From the human T2T-CHM13v2.0 reference genome, Homo sapiens: a stretch of 64,000 nucleotides of DNA. The position numbers were made by a program, and so were the translations under genes. The notes under the pieces were generated by a model. The model was not told where the DNA came from and did not search any database. It worked only from the letters and a program-made list of their open reading frames with translations. The stretch lies in NCBI RefSeq assembly GCF_009914755.1, contig NC_060928.1; one strand, written 5' to 3'. Positions 25,821 to 39,319 of the stretch are shown here, piece after piece (position 1 is the stretch's first letter; the number at the start of each line of letters is the position of its first letter).

Positions 25821-26424
25821 AGCTTGCCTACTCAGTGTCTCTGTGCACCTTTTTGTCAAAGTGGGTGCAGACTGCACCAGGGCACATGGATTGTTGAACA
25901 GCATGTGGGCTGTATTTCGGCCCCATCACCTCCTTGGCTGAGTGCTCAAATGCATGACCTTCGCATTGTACATAGCAGCCGTGGGGAAAGTGGAGCAAGC
26001 TAATGTAACAGTAAAGAGGTTTGTAGAGCTCAAGTAATGTGAGACCTCGCAATTTGGTAGCAAATAAAAAAGAGTGGCTTCTACTAATTTTAATCCTGTC
26101 AAAATAATCCATCTTTAATTTTGTACAATTTCTAATATTTCTCCAGTTTCAACTCTAAGCTTTTCAACTAAGGAGAATAAAACATCTCACTGTAGTCATC
26201 CTATTTTGTGCTTTGTCTTGTTTTTGCATTCAAGAATGATACCTGTTGTGTTCTCAGCCATTTGTTCTAACTCCATTTAGACTGGTGAAATGAAAAAAAA
26301 CATTTAATGTGACTTATTGGATATACGCAGTTAAATCATGGCTTCATACCTTACATGAAGGGACTATGGTTCTGCTAGAATTTAAATTATTTGGTAACGT
26401 TTTACAAAAGAACTGATGATGGTT

Positions 26425-27400
26425 TCATTCTTTCATTCCTTCCATTTTTAGAAATTCTTAAAAATCCATCCAGCATCCACTTTACCAGGTACTCTGAGAG
26501 GGGCTTAGGAGACCCAAGAAATGCATCCAAGTCCCTGTCCTCAAGGTACTCACTCACTATGTGAGATGGTCACACTAACAGGTGATTAAGAGACAGCGAC
26601 CCATGGGCAGTAGAACCCCGACAGAGTATCTTAATTCAGGGGGCCAGAGAAAACGTTCCAGGCAGAGACTGTAAGGATCCCTAAGAGCAAGCCGAGCAAA
26701 GAATAGAAGAAGAGGCTTTCAGGCTGAGGGGACTACAGGAACAAAAGTAGGGGATGGGAAAAACATGTTGCTGGAGTGTAAGTGTAAGAAAAAGAGAAGC
26801 AAGAGCTGGGAGCAGAGTGTTGGGAAGGGCCAGATCAAGGGGCTTGAACATCAAGAATCTTGGATTTAATTTTGTTGGTGAAAGGGAGCTATTGAAGACT
26901 CTTGCTTCTTTTGGAATCCACCTAGAAAGGCCTTATCTGGGGTCTAGGCCTCAAATTAGAGGTTTTTTTTTTTTCTTTTTACACCTGTGCCAAGCATCCA
27001 GTTGTTTCATAAATGTTTCTCAGAATAACACAATCTGAACATGGTGGGAAGACTGTTTAATAACTCAGTTTAGTAGAGATTTACAGTTTCAATATATCAC
27101 TGGGATGTGTAGATGGAAGAAAAGTTTGGGAGGGCCAGAACTCCAGGCACGCATACCAATTAGGAAGTAATTGCAATGGTTTAGGTAAGAGTCAATAAGA
27201 ACAATTAAGATTCTCTCAGTGCTGGAGAGAAGACAAAAGCTTTTAAGAGGAATTTAGGAGGTAACCAAAAATAAGCTTCATGCTTAATTGAACATTTGGA
27301 GGAAAGTGGGAGGAAGAAATCAAGGATGTCTCCTCGGCCTCTGGCTTGGATAATGTAATAGAATATGGAAAAATCAGAAGAGATAAAGATACTGACAGCA
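26425..27400 (-). mobile_element. L2 fragments
   Basis: cattctttcattcc, gtccctgtcctcaagg, gggagctattgaagact, gaaatcaaggatgtctcc...ctggcttgga. Confidence 0.6.
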
Positions 27401-27689
27401 CTAAGGCATTCATAAATTGAGTTAGGAAAAAAATTTGGGTGCAACAAAAAATTTCAATAAATGTAAACTTCATTTCTGTCGACGTGAAACGGCACTTACC
27501 GAACATGTAATTGTCCAGGATGCTGGTAACAAGAAGCCTCTCTTTGGCAAAGTGGTGCAACTCTCACAATGCTCAGGCAGGCAGCTTCTTGGCGTTGCCC
27601 AAGACAAACTCTTCCTGGACAGATGCACGCATTTTCTCTTATTCTATCTATATGTTCTTTCTTGTAATTTTAGATACTTACTAATCTCG

Positions 27690-28420
27690 CCCAACCTCCA
27701 CATCCCTGCTTTCCCTTGCTCCACTCTAAATAAACCTAATCCTTTTAACTTTTACTCAGAGACCTTAGTTTGCAAACTATGAATCATTTTGCTTCTTCTC
27801 TTGGGATCCCATCCAGGGAGCCCATACTTCATTTTTAAGGCCTCAGATCAGACACATTTCTCTATGACTGTGCCTTGAATGCAGTAGGTATTTGATAAGT
27901 TTTTTTTTTTTTTCAAAACGATAAAATCCTAAGGATGGTGGGAAGATGGTCTAGTAACTCCCACTTGCTAAAATCCTAGTTATTTCACTTTATTATCAAC
28001 ACATTTTTAAACATTAACATGGCATTGGTGACTCATGTATGATCCTCTGTAATTCTTTTTTTTATGCTGTATTTGTCTGTAACCACGTCTTCAACATCAT
28101 TTCTGTATGGTTTGCTTTTCCTTTTTTCACTTGTTCTGATTAAATTTTTATTTCCATTAATTCTGTTTATTTTTCAAGGTCATTTAAAAGTATAATTATC
28201 TTCTCTAAGTTGCTAAGCTTGGAAAAGATAATTTAGCTTGGTGCCACTAGTAACTTAATGAGCTCCTCCCAAAATTCATCTGTGTCATTAAAGATGTTAC
28301 TAAATACTTCTGACCCAGGATGATTCCTTTGAAAAGCATTCATGTCCTTTAAGCTGAAATTGTATTGTTGATAATTGACTCTTCTTGAATATTTTCTAAC
28401 AAGTTTGTATTCTCATCTAG
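27690..28420 (-). mobile_element. L3/CR1 LINE fragments (ancient)
   Basis: ctaaataaacctaatccttttaac...aatcattttgcttcttctcttgg and ttcatctgtgtcattaaagatgtt...gacccagga resemble antisense CR1 RT sequence; very diverged. Confidence 0.5.
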
Positions 28421-28804
28421 TAGCAAAAGAGTTTAAATAATAGCTAATAATAGAATAACATATGCCGGTATACTATTATGCTTACAAAACTTTCTCTCAC
28501 CCCATATTACTTAATTTGCTCATTAGACATCCTTGTGAGACAGGAAGAAGCGAAGCTATCTTTAGAGCTATTTCAAAGGTATGGAAGCTGAGTCTCAGGG
28601 TAAGTGACTTAACGAGGTCACTCAGCCAGCAGTTAGTAGAACATAACTCTTAAGTGTATATCTTCTGACTTCAAAGCCAATGTCCTTGCAGCTCTACCAT
28701 GCCTAACTGTTCCATTTGTATATTAATATGTGGCTTCAGCTAAATTGAAACCTTTATTAAAAATTGCTGACAAATCTCTTCCAAAGTTGATTTCACCGCT
28801 CTTT

Positions 28805-31800
28805 TTAAAAAATACTTAAAATTTTAAAAATTTTTATATTTTATTTATTTATTTTTTAACTTTAAGTTCCAGGATACATGTGCAGAATGTGCAGGTTTGT
28901 TACATAGGTGTATGTTGTGCCATGGTGGTTTGCTGGACCTATCAACTCACCACCTAGGTTTTAAGCCCCTCATGCATTAGCTATTTGTCCTGATTCTCTC
29001 CCTCCCCTCACCCTCCCTCCATTAGGCTCCAGTGTATGTTGTTCCCCTCCCTGTGTCCATGTGTTCTCATTGTTCAACTTCCACTTATGAGTTAGAACAT
29101 GTGGTGTTTGGTTTTCTGTTCCTGTGTTAGTTTGCTGAGGATGATGACTTCCAACTTCATCCATGTCCCTGCAAAGAACATGATATCATTCCTTTTTGTG
29201 GCTGCATAGTATTCTAAGGTGTATATGTTTCAAATTTTCTTTATCCAGTCTATGATTGATGGGCATTTGGGTTGGTTCCATGTCTTTGCTATTGTGAATA
29301 GTGCTGCAGTAAACATACGTGTGCATGTATCTTTATAATAGAATGATTTACATTCTTTTGGCCATATACCCAGTTATGGGATTGCTGGGTCAAATGGTAT
29401 TTCTGGTTCTAAATCCTTGAGGAATTGCCACACTGTCTTCCACAATGGTTGAACTAGTTTACATTCCCACCAAATAATGCAAAAGTCTTCCTATTTCTCC
29501 AGAGCTTTGCCAGCATCTGTTGTTTCTTGACTTTTTAATAATTGCCATTCTGACTGGTGTGAGATGGTATATCATTGTGGTTTTGACTTGCATTTCTCTA
29601 ATAATCAGTGCTGTTGAGCTTTTTTCATATGTTTGTTGGCTGCATAAATGTCTTCTTTTGAGAAGTGTCTGTTCATATCTTTTGCCCACTTTTTGATGAG
29701 GTTGTTTTTTTTTCTTGTAAATTTGTTTAAGTTCCTTGTAAATTCTGAATATTAGACCTTTGATGAGTAAACTGCAAAAATTTTCTCTCATTCTGTAGGT
29801 TGTCTGTTCGCTCTGTAGGTAGTTTCTTTTGCTGTGCAGAAGTTCCTTAGTTTAATTAGATCCCATTTATCAATTTTAGCTTTTGTTGCAATTGCTTTTG
29901 GTGATTTCATCATAAAATCTTTGCCCATGCATATGTCCTGAGTGGTATTGCCAAGGTTTTCTTCTAGGGTTTTTATGGTTTTGGGTTTTACATTTAAGTC
30001 TTTATCCATCTTGAGTGAATTTTTTTACAAGGTATAAGGAAGGGGTCCAGTTTCAGTTTTCTGCATAAGGCTAGCCAGTTTTCCCAGCACGATTTATTAA
30101 ATAGGGAATCCTTTCCCCATTTGCTTGTTTTTGTCAGGTTTGTTGAAGATCAGATCATTGTAGATATGCGGTCTTATTTCTGAGGTCTCTATTTTGTTTC
30201 ACTGGTCTACATGTCAGTTTTGGTACCAGTATCATGCTGTTTTGGTTACTGTAGCCTTGTAGTATAGTTTGAAGTCAGGTAGCATGATGCCTCCAGCTTT
30301 GTTCCTTTTGCTTACGACTGTCTTGGCTATACGGGATTTTTTTGTTGCTGTTGTTGTCCCATATGAATTTTAAAGAAATTTTTTCTAATTCCGTGAAGAA
30401 TGTCAATGGTAGTTTGATGGAACAGCATTGAATCTATAAATTACTTTGGGCAGTATGGTCATTTTCACGATATTGATTCTTCCTATCCATAAGGATGGAA
30501 TGTTTTTCTATTTGTTTGTGTCGTCTCTGATTTCCTTGAGAAGTGGTTTGTAGTTCTCCTTAAAGAGGTCCTTCACATCCCTTGTTAGCTTTATTCCTAG
30601 ATATTTTATTCTTTTTGTAGCAATTGTGAATGGGAGTTCATTCATAATTTGGCTACCTGCTTGTCTATTGGTGTATAAGAATGCTTGTGATTTTTGAACA
30701 TTGGCTTTGTATCCTGAGACTTTGCTGAAGTTTCTTATCAGCTTAAGGAGTTTTGGGGCTGAGATGATGGAGTTTTCTAAATATAGGACTATGTCAATCT
30801 GCAGAGAAAATTTGACTTCCTCTCTTCCTATACGAATACCTTTTATTTCTTTCTCTTGCCTGATTGCCCTGGCCAGAACTTCCAATACTACACTGAATAG
30901 GAGTGGTGAGAGAGGGCATCCTTGTCTTGTGTCAGTTTTCAAAGGGAATGCTTCCAGCTTTTGCCCATTCAGTATGATAATGGCTGTGGGTTTGTCATAC
31001 ATAGCTCTTACTATTTTGAGATATGTTCCATGAATACCTAGTTTATTGAGAGTTTTTAGCATAAAGGGATGTTGAATTTTATCAAAGACTTTTTCTGCAT
31101 GTATTGAGATAATCATGTGGTTTTTGTCATTGGTTCTGTTTATGTGATGGATTACGTTTATTGATTTGTGAATGTTGAACCAGCCTTGCATCCCAGTGAT
31201 GAAGCCAACTTGATCATGGTGGATAACTTTTTTGATGTGCTGCTGGATTTGGTTTGCCAGTATTTTCCTGAGGATTTTTGCATCAGTGTTCATCAGGAAT
31301 ATTGACCTGAAGTTTTCTTTTTTTGTTGTGTCTCTGCCAGATTTGGGTATCAGGATGATGCTGGCTTCATAAAATTAGTTAGGGAGGAGTCCCTCCTTTT
31401 CAATTGTTTGCAATAGTTTCTGAAAGAATGGTACCAGCTCCTCTTTGTACCTCTGATATAATTAGGCTGTGCCTCCATCTGGCCCTGGGCTTTTTTTGGC
31501 GGGTCGGCTATTAATTACTGCCTCATTTTCATAATTTGTTATTGGTCTCTTCAGGGATTCAACTTCTTCCTGGTTTAGTCATGGATGGGAGTATGTGTCC
31601 AGGAATTTATCTATTTATTCTAGGTTTTCTAGTTCAGTTGCATAGAGGTGTTCATAGTATTCTCTGATGGTAGTTTGTATTTTTGTGGGGTGAGTGGTGA
31701 TATCCCCTTGATCATTTTTACTGTGCCTATTTGATTCTTGTCTCTTCTTTAATAATTTTTTTTTCAAAAAACCAGCTCCTGGATTCATTGATTTTTCTGA

Positions 31801-34341
31801 AGGGTTTTTCATGTCTCTATCTCCTTCAGTTCCGCTCTGATCTTGGTTAATTCTTGTCTTCTGCTAGCTTTTTGATTTGTTAGCTCTTGATTCTCTAGTT
31901 CTTTAATTGTGATGTTAGGATGTCAATTTGAGATATTTCTAGCTTTCTGATTTGGGCATGTAGTGCTATAAATTTCCCTCTTAATACTGCTTTAGCTGTC
32001 TCCCAGAGATTCTGGTATGTTGTCTCTTTGTTCTCATTGGTTTCAAAGAACTTCCTGATTTCTGCCTTAATTTCATTATTTACCCAGGAGTCATTCAGGA
32101 ACAGGTTGTTCAATTCCCATGTAGTTGTGTGGTTTTGAGTGTTTCTTAATCCTGAGTTCTAATTTGATTTCACTGTGGTCTGAGAGACTGTTACAATTTC
32201 AGTTCTTTTGCATTTGCTGAGGAGTGTTTTACTTTCAATTACGTGGTTGATTTTAGAGCAAGTGCCATGTGGCACTGAAAAGAATGTATATTCTGTTGTT
32301 TTGTGGTGGAGAGTTCTGTAGATATCTATTAGGTCCACTTGATCCAGAGCTGCGTTCAAGTCCTGAATATCCTTGTTAATTTTCTGTCTCATTGATCTGT
32401 CTAATATTAACAGTGGGGTGTTAAAGTCTCCCACTATTATTGTGTGGGAGTTTAAGTCTCTTTGTAGGTCTCTGCTGAGAAATATGCTGTTAGTTTGATT
32501 GGCTTCTCTTTTTAAGTGACCTGGCTTTTCTCTCTAACATTTTTTCCTTCATTTTGACCTTGGAGAATCTGATGATTATGATTTTTGGGTTGATCTTCTC
32601 GTGGAGTATCTTAGTGGTGTTCTCTGTTTTTCTTGAATTTGAATGTTGGCTTCTGTTGCTATGTTGGGGAAGTTCTCTTGAAAAATATCCTGAAGTGTTT
32701 TTTTCCAACTTGGTTCTATTCTTCCAATCTCTTTCAGGTACTCCAATCCATCATAGGTTCGTTCTTTTTACATAGTCCCATATTTCTCAGAGGTTTTGTT
32801 CATTCCTTTTTCTTCTTTTTTCTCTAATTTTGTCCATCTGTCTTATTTCAGAAAGATAATCTTCCATCTCTGTATTCTTTCTTCTGCTTGATTGATTTGG
32901 CTATTAATACTTGTGTATGCTTCTAGAAGTCCTTGTGCTGCATTTTCCAGCTCCATCAGGTCATCTATATTCCTTTCTAAATGGGTTATTCTAGTTAGCC
33001 ACTCCTCTAAACTTTATCAAGTTCTTAGCTTCTTTGCAGTGGGTTAGAACATGCTCCTTTACCTCAGTGAAGTTTGTTATTTCTCACCTTCTGAAGCCTA
33101 CTTCTGTCCATTCGTCCATCTCATCCTCCCTCCAGTTTTGTGCCCTTACTGAAAAGTTGTTGAGATCATTTGGAGGAGAAGAGTCACTCTGGCCTTTTGG
33201 GTTTTCAGCGTTTTTTTCATTGACTCTTTCTCATCTTCATGAGTTCGTTTAGTTTTGATCTTGGAGGCTGCTGACACTTGGATGAGGTTTTTGTGGGGAC
33301 TTTTTTTTGTTGATGCTATTGTTGCTTTCTCTTTGTTTTTCTTTCAATAGTCAGTTCCCTCTTCTGCAGGGTGGCTGTGGTTGGCTGGGGGTTCACTTCA
33401 GACCCTATTCATCTGGTTCACTCCCATGCCTGGAGATGTCACTCGAGGAGGCTGAATGACAGCAAAGATGGGTGCCTGTTTTTCACTCTGGGATATCTGA
33501 CCTCGAGGGGCACTGAGCTGATGCCAGCAGGAACGCTTCTGTATAGAATGTCTGACAATCCCTGCTGGGGGTCTCACCCAGTTGGGTGGCATGGCAAGCA
33601 GGGCCTGTTTAACGAGGCACTTTGGCTGTCCCTTGCTGGAGGGCATGTGCTGCGCTGGGGGGAATCCCATTTCTCTGGGCTGTCCTGATTCCTCAGAGCT
33701 AGCAAGAGAAAGGATGAAGTCTGCTGGTCCATGGAGACTATGGCCAGCCATCCCCCTAGGGGCTCAGGCCCAGCGAGATCAGAGTTCTGTCCCTGAGCCC
33801 TCAGCTGGAACTGGAGTTCCTGCAGGGATGCCCTGCAGCCTCAGTGTTGGCTGCCGCCCCCTCCCACAAAGAGCTCAGATGGCTTAGACCACAGGCAGCT
33901 GCAGCAGTAATTATGGCTGCCCCTCCTCCAGGGAACTTGGTAGGCTTAGGCCAATTTTAGCTGAGTGGGTGTTGAGAATCTACGTGGCTGTATGGTTGGG
34001 GCCCAAGACCCTGGTGGCACTGGCTCCGGAGTGGGATCTTTCGATCTGTAGGTTGCACAGTTCTGTGGAAAAAGCAGTTTCCCAGGCTGGGTAGCACGCT
34101 CACTCACCACCTCCCTTGGCTGGTGTTGGGGGCTCCCCTGCCCCATGTGGCTCTCAGGTGGGCTGCCACACCACACTGCTCTTCCTTCCTCTCTGTGGGT
34201 CACGCTAGCTGCCCAGTCAGTCCTAATGACAGAACCTGGATACTTTGGTTGCCAGTGCAGATTTCGCACACTGTTTTGGATCTTTTCAATGGGAACCTCT
34301 GATGGCTGCTGCTTCTAGTTGGCCATCTTGGCCCCGCCCCC
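28805..34341 (-). mobile_element. L1PA8/8A/10-like LINE-1 with both ends intact, internally deleted, ORFs disrupted
   Basis: 5' end GGGGGCGGGGCCAAGATGGCC at 34341 (YY1 site). ORF2p pieces in ORF track (GDFNTPL endonuclease; [13 protein letters not shown]). 3'UTR and degenerate tail at about 28805-28860. TSD atttcaccgctcttt (28790-28804) / acttcacctctcttt (34342-34356). Confidence 0.95.
30508..31293 (-). pseudogene. Disrupted L1 ORF2p reverse-transcriptase segment
   Basis: 261-aa ORF with [17 protein letters not shown] and [10 protein letters not shown]; catalytic FADD degraded to SLQID; neighbouring pieces are frameshifted. Confidence 0.9.
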
Positions 34342-36129
34342 ACTTCACCTCTCTTTAAATTCCTAATGCATAATTGGTCTGTGCAACATAATTCAATTAT
34401 GTGTGTAAGGTACTGGACCTAAATACTGATGGATACATAAAATAATTGTGACACTATTCCTGAAGAAGGAATAATCTTCTGATATGAAGCCAAGGACCAC
34501 AAAAATTGCAAAAACATTGTATGATGATATCTAGCACTTTTTATGTGTTGTTTTGCATTTTACTGTTCATTGCTTTAAGACAAATAACTCACTTCTTGAG
34601 GACAGATTCTATGTAGTCTACATTTGAATCCTCAACCACACCTAGCAAGTTCTCAACAAATAGTACAGATTTTTGAGTACTTGTAGGCCAACTTATTTTG
34701 CTGGCTGAACTTCAATTATTTGTTTAATTCTTGCTATGTGTCCAGTGCTGTACTAGGCATAAGATGGAATGCATACCTTTGTCTTTTGCAAAGGGAACAC
34801 TAACGAACAAGGCAGTTTTGTCAGACACTAAGTATACTCCTTGACTAGGCTGGAGTACCAGGCATTCAGGTGAGTAGGAAAGGGGAATACGTTTGGAAAC
34901 ATCATGTTGGTCCATGTTATAGAAGACCTTGAAAGTCAAGCAAAATAGGCTAGACTTGATGTGGTAAACAGGAAGTCTGATTTCAATATCAAATAGAGTC
35001 ATTATTAAGGATGAAAAGAAATGTTAAGATTACGTCATCAATTGTTATTTTATCATCAATTGTTTTTATTGTGTAATAATTTAATTATTGCACTTCATAT
35101 TACTTGAGAAATAATAAAATGAAGAAAGAAGCCCTTCTTACCTATTTGAAGTGAAATATTTGTATTTGTTTTCCTTAATGTTATTTCTGTCCACCTGCCT
35201 AGAAATCCTTAATCTAGCACATTCGTGGTATTACTTTTTTTTTTTTTTTTTTTTTTTTGCTTCTCTTCCACACATGTATGTCTTCTGGATCTAATAGACT
35301 GTTTCAGTCATTACTTGTGTTTGTAAACAGCTGTTAAATTCATCATGTCTTAAGTTTAAATTATTTGAGTTCCATTTTGTCCTCTGATCAATTGACTCAT
35401 CCATTCATTTGACAAGAATGTAGAGGGAAAATTACATGCCAGGAATCTGGGTTCTGTAGGCAATATTAACAACAAAAAAAGACAGTTGAGGACCCTGAGA
35501 AGCACCTGCACTGATAATGCATTAGAGGGTGATGTATGTCAAGTCTTCTATAGTCTCAAATTTAAGAATACCATCATAGCATATTTTTTACTCCATTAAA
35601 TAAAGAAACATATAATTAAAAATATTTAATCATCTCATTCCTGTATTCATGATTCTAGGTAGAGTTAGAGTTACTTTTTTCATGATATTAAACAAAGCCA
35701 TTCACATGGATGTTGGGCAGTCGGCTAGGTTCACTCAGTGGCAAGACTTTTGTTCTCAAATGGCCCCTCTGTTTTAAAGATTCTGCCGCAATAACTTTCA
35801 AATGACCACATGTCATGGAACATTGTTATCACTGAATATAGTAAAACCCATAAAGGTGAAAGCTGAGAATTTTTAGGCCTACTGAAGTGAGGAATAAGGT
35901 TGTACTTGCACAGAGTGACCCATTATAAAGGGCTCTAAAATGCACTGCAGGAAATTTGAATATAACGGGACAAGTAATGGGGAGCTACTGCTTGAGCTGA
36001 AGTAGAACATAATCAATACATTTGGCAATTGCAGGCTAAATATTATTGAAGTAACAGAGTCAAGAAGAGCAGGAAGAAGACTAACACTGTGGTTCTGGCA
36101 TGATGTGGTTAGATAGCTACCAGAATATT

Positions 36130-37110
36130 AGCAGTGAAAACAGTAATGCAAACATAAAACAGTTGCAGTGCTGACCCTCCAGGGGCTTGCAGTCCAGTGG
36201 GAGGGACAGGCACATAAATAACCTAGCACAATAGAAGAAATGATCAATGAGAGATATAAACTGGAGCCCCTGGGAGCATAGAGTATGGCTGAATATGGAG
36301 TAAAGAGCTCACAAGTCATCAAAGCAGTGCATGGTACAGATAGGGGATGGGGAGCATTCTGAGTAGAAGCTGCCAGTGGAATGCTGGTAGATAAGTCTAG
36401 GTGCAAGTCCTGATGGGACTGGTGTTTTTGCTAAGTAGCTTGTCCTATAAATTGAGCCATATCACAAATTAGAATCATGTGATTCCATTTGCATTTTAGA
36501 ATCATACTGAAAGTAGTATGGAGGGAGCACTGCCAAGACCAGCTCGGTTGGGATACCCTAACCCAGCGGCGCTAGAGGAATTAAAGATGCACACACAGAA
36601 ATATAGAGGTGTGGAGTGGGAAATCAGGGGTCTCACAGCCTTCAGAGCTGAGAGCTGAGATCATCGAACAGAGATTTACCCACATATTTATTAATAGCAA
36701 GCCAGTAATAAGCATTGTTTCTGTAGATTATAGATTAAAAGTATTCCTTATGGGAAACAAAGGGATGGGCTGAAATAAAGGGATGGGTTTGGCTAGTTAT
36801 CTGCAGCAGGAGCATGTTCTTAAGGCACAGATCGCTCATGCTATTGTTTGTGATTTAAGAACACCTTGAAGTGGTTTTCTGCCCTGGGTGGGCCAGGTGT
36901 TCCTTGCCCTCATTCCGGTAAACCCACAACCTTCCAGTGTGGGCATCATGGCCATCATGAACATGTCACAGTGCTGCAGAGATTTTGTTTATGGCCAGTT
37001 TTGGGGCCAGTTTATGGTGAGATTTGGGGGGGCTTGTTCCCAACAAGCACAGATGGAGGAAAGAATCAGCATGTCTAGAGGCAAGAGGACCCCCATGGAG
37101 AGAATAGCCT
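36130..37110 (-). mobile_element. L2 fragment split by the MER9 LTR
   Basis: ctgaccctccaggggcttgcagtccagtgggaggg...catttgcattttagaatcatactg before the LTR; agatggagga...tctagaggcaagagga after it. Confidence 0.55.
36531..37045 (-). mobile_element. MER9a solo LTR (HERV-K9 / HML-3)
   Basis: Reverse complement begins TGTTGGGAACAAGCCCCCC..CCATAAACTGGCCCCAAAACTGGCCATAAACAAAATCTCTGCAGC and ends CTTGGCA; perfect TSD agcac at 36526-36530 and 37046-37050. Confidence 0.92.
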
Positions 37111-37415
37111 AGGTTGTTGTTTGGATTCAATAAAGTGTTGCTACATGAAGAGCTCCAAGAACAACCTCTGGTATGTAGTAGGCTCTTAATGAATGTAGGT
37201 TCTAGATTTACTATTATTAGTGTTCGATTAGTCCTATTTGTACTATTGCAATAGTCTTGGTGAGAAATGAGAAATTATTAGAACATGTGCTAATGTTCCA
37301 GAAGTGGTGATGGGGAGGAAACCTAGATTCTGGAACTATCAGGGTGTGGGGTGGGAGAGACTTGAATTAGGAAGATTCTGCTTAGATGATGGGGCAAGGC
37401 AGGAGGGGTCTGGGA

Positions 37416-37615
37416 TGTGCTTTGAGACTTTGAATCATGGCCCATTAGTGGGTTGTGAAATCAATCTAGAGGGTTATGACTGGAAATTTTAAAAAAAGGA
37501 ATAGAATTTTTAAAAATTTCACAGAGTCTCACACTTTTTTTTTAAAACTTTTATTTGGGTGGTATATGCAAAAATATTTTTGGTGTGTCTAGAGTGTATC
37601 CAGGCACAACCAATA
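37416..37615 (+). mobile_element. Charlie4z-like hAT DNA transposon
   Basis: cccattagtgggttgtgaaatcaatctagagggttatgac...aaaaggaatagaa matches the Charlie4 pattern. Confidence 0.6.
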
Positions 37616-38071
37616 GGCCCAGGTCTGCATCTGCCTGGATGACTACTGTCCTCTGCAAGGCAGATGGCTCGGAGCAGACCAGAGCTCATGATCCCAGCAG
37701 TCATGCTGATTTCAAATCAGAGAATGAGGCTCAGAAGCTGAGACAAAGCATCTTATCCCTTTCTTTCAAACCTGCATATTAGACAAGGCAATCTTCTTCA
37801 TGGATTATAGGTAACAAAGAGAGGACAGAGTTTTTTGTGGGAAAGTTCATATGATACCAAGAAGAACTAGGAATATGCATTCTTCTCTAATAGATAATTT
37901 ATCTTTCCCTAATTTTTGATGATTAAAAGACGCTAGGGCAAATTCATTGTTAAAATTTTTATTTTTGTGTAGATTGGCACTAAAATGGACTTATAATGGC
38001 AGTTTTGTGAGTTCAGAAATTCAACCCAACATCACTATTCTAAAACGTTGGGACGAAATTTGCTTCCACGG

Positions 38072-38778
<707 letters not shown>

Positions 38779-38951
38779 TCATAAGGAAGTAGTATTTTGT
38801 TTAAGAGTAAGCAATCTACAGCTTGTACAACTGTTGGCTTTCCTGTTGCTAAAGATATTGGTCCAATCACCATTTTACTGTTCTGAGATCAAACACCATA
38901 ATAAGACTCAAAGAATAAAAACTGAACTTAGCTATTTTAAAAATAACTTAT

Positions 38952-39087
38952 GGCCAGGTGCTGTGGCTCATGCCTATAATACCAGCAATTTGGGAGGCTG
39001 AGATAGGAGGATCACTTGAGCCCAGGAAATTTGAGACCAGCCTGTGCAAGATAGAGAGACCCCATCTCTACAAAAACAAAAACAACA
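38952..39087 (+). mobile_element. FLAM_C-like Alu monomer
   Basis: Left monomer only with an A-rich tail; aacttat repeated on both sides. Confidence 0.85.
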
Positions 39088-39319
39088 AACTTATAATTGT
39101 ATACTGTGACAGCATTTCCATGTCAATAGTACCAATTTACAACATAAACCCAGGTTCTAACTGAGGAAAGTCCAAAACTCTAACCTCACAGAGCCAGTAG
39201 GGTACTGGAGTGGGGGAAAGGAATGAAAGGACGTGAGAACTGATTGACTCTAGCAAATGATTTCCAATTTTATAACCTGTACATAGCTCCAGGATTCTTT
39301 TTTGACTCTTTCTTCTTCT

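Noticed and set aside
29459-32708. Active reverse transcriptase or endonuclease gene
   Set aside because: ORF2 is fragmented by stops and frameshifts, the catalytic FADD is destroyed and the endonuclease N-terminus is deleted.
33034-34269. Several 70-117 aa ORFs in GC-richer sequence
   Set aside because: They lie in the L1 5'UTR/ORF1 start and are chance frames of repeat sequence.
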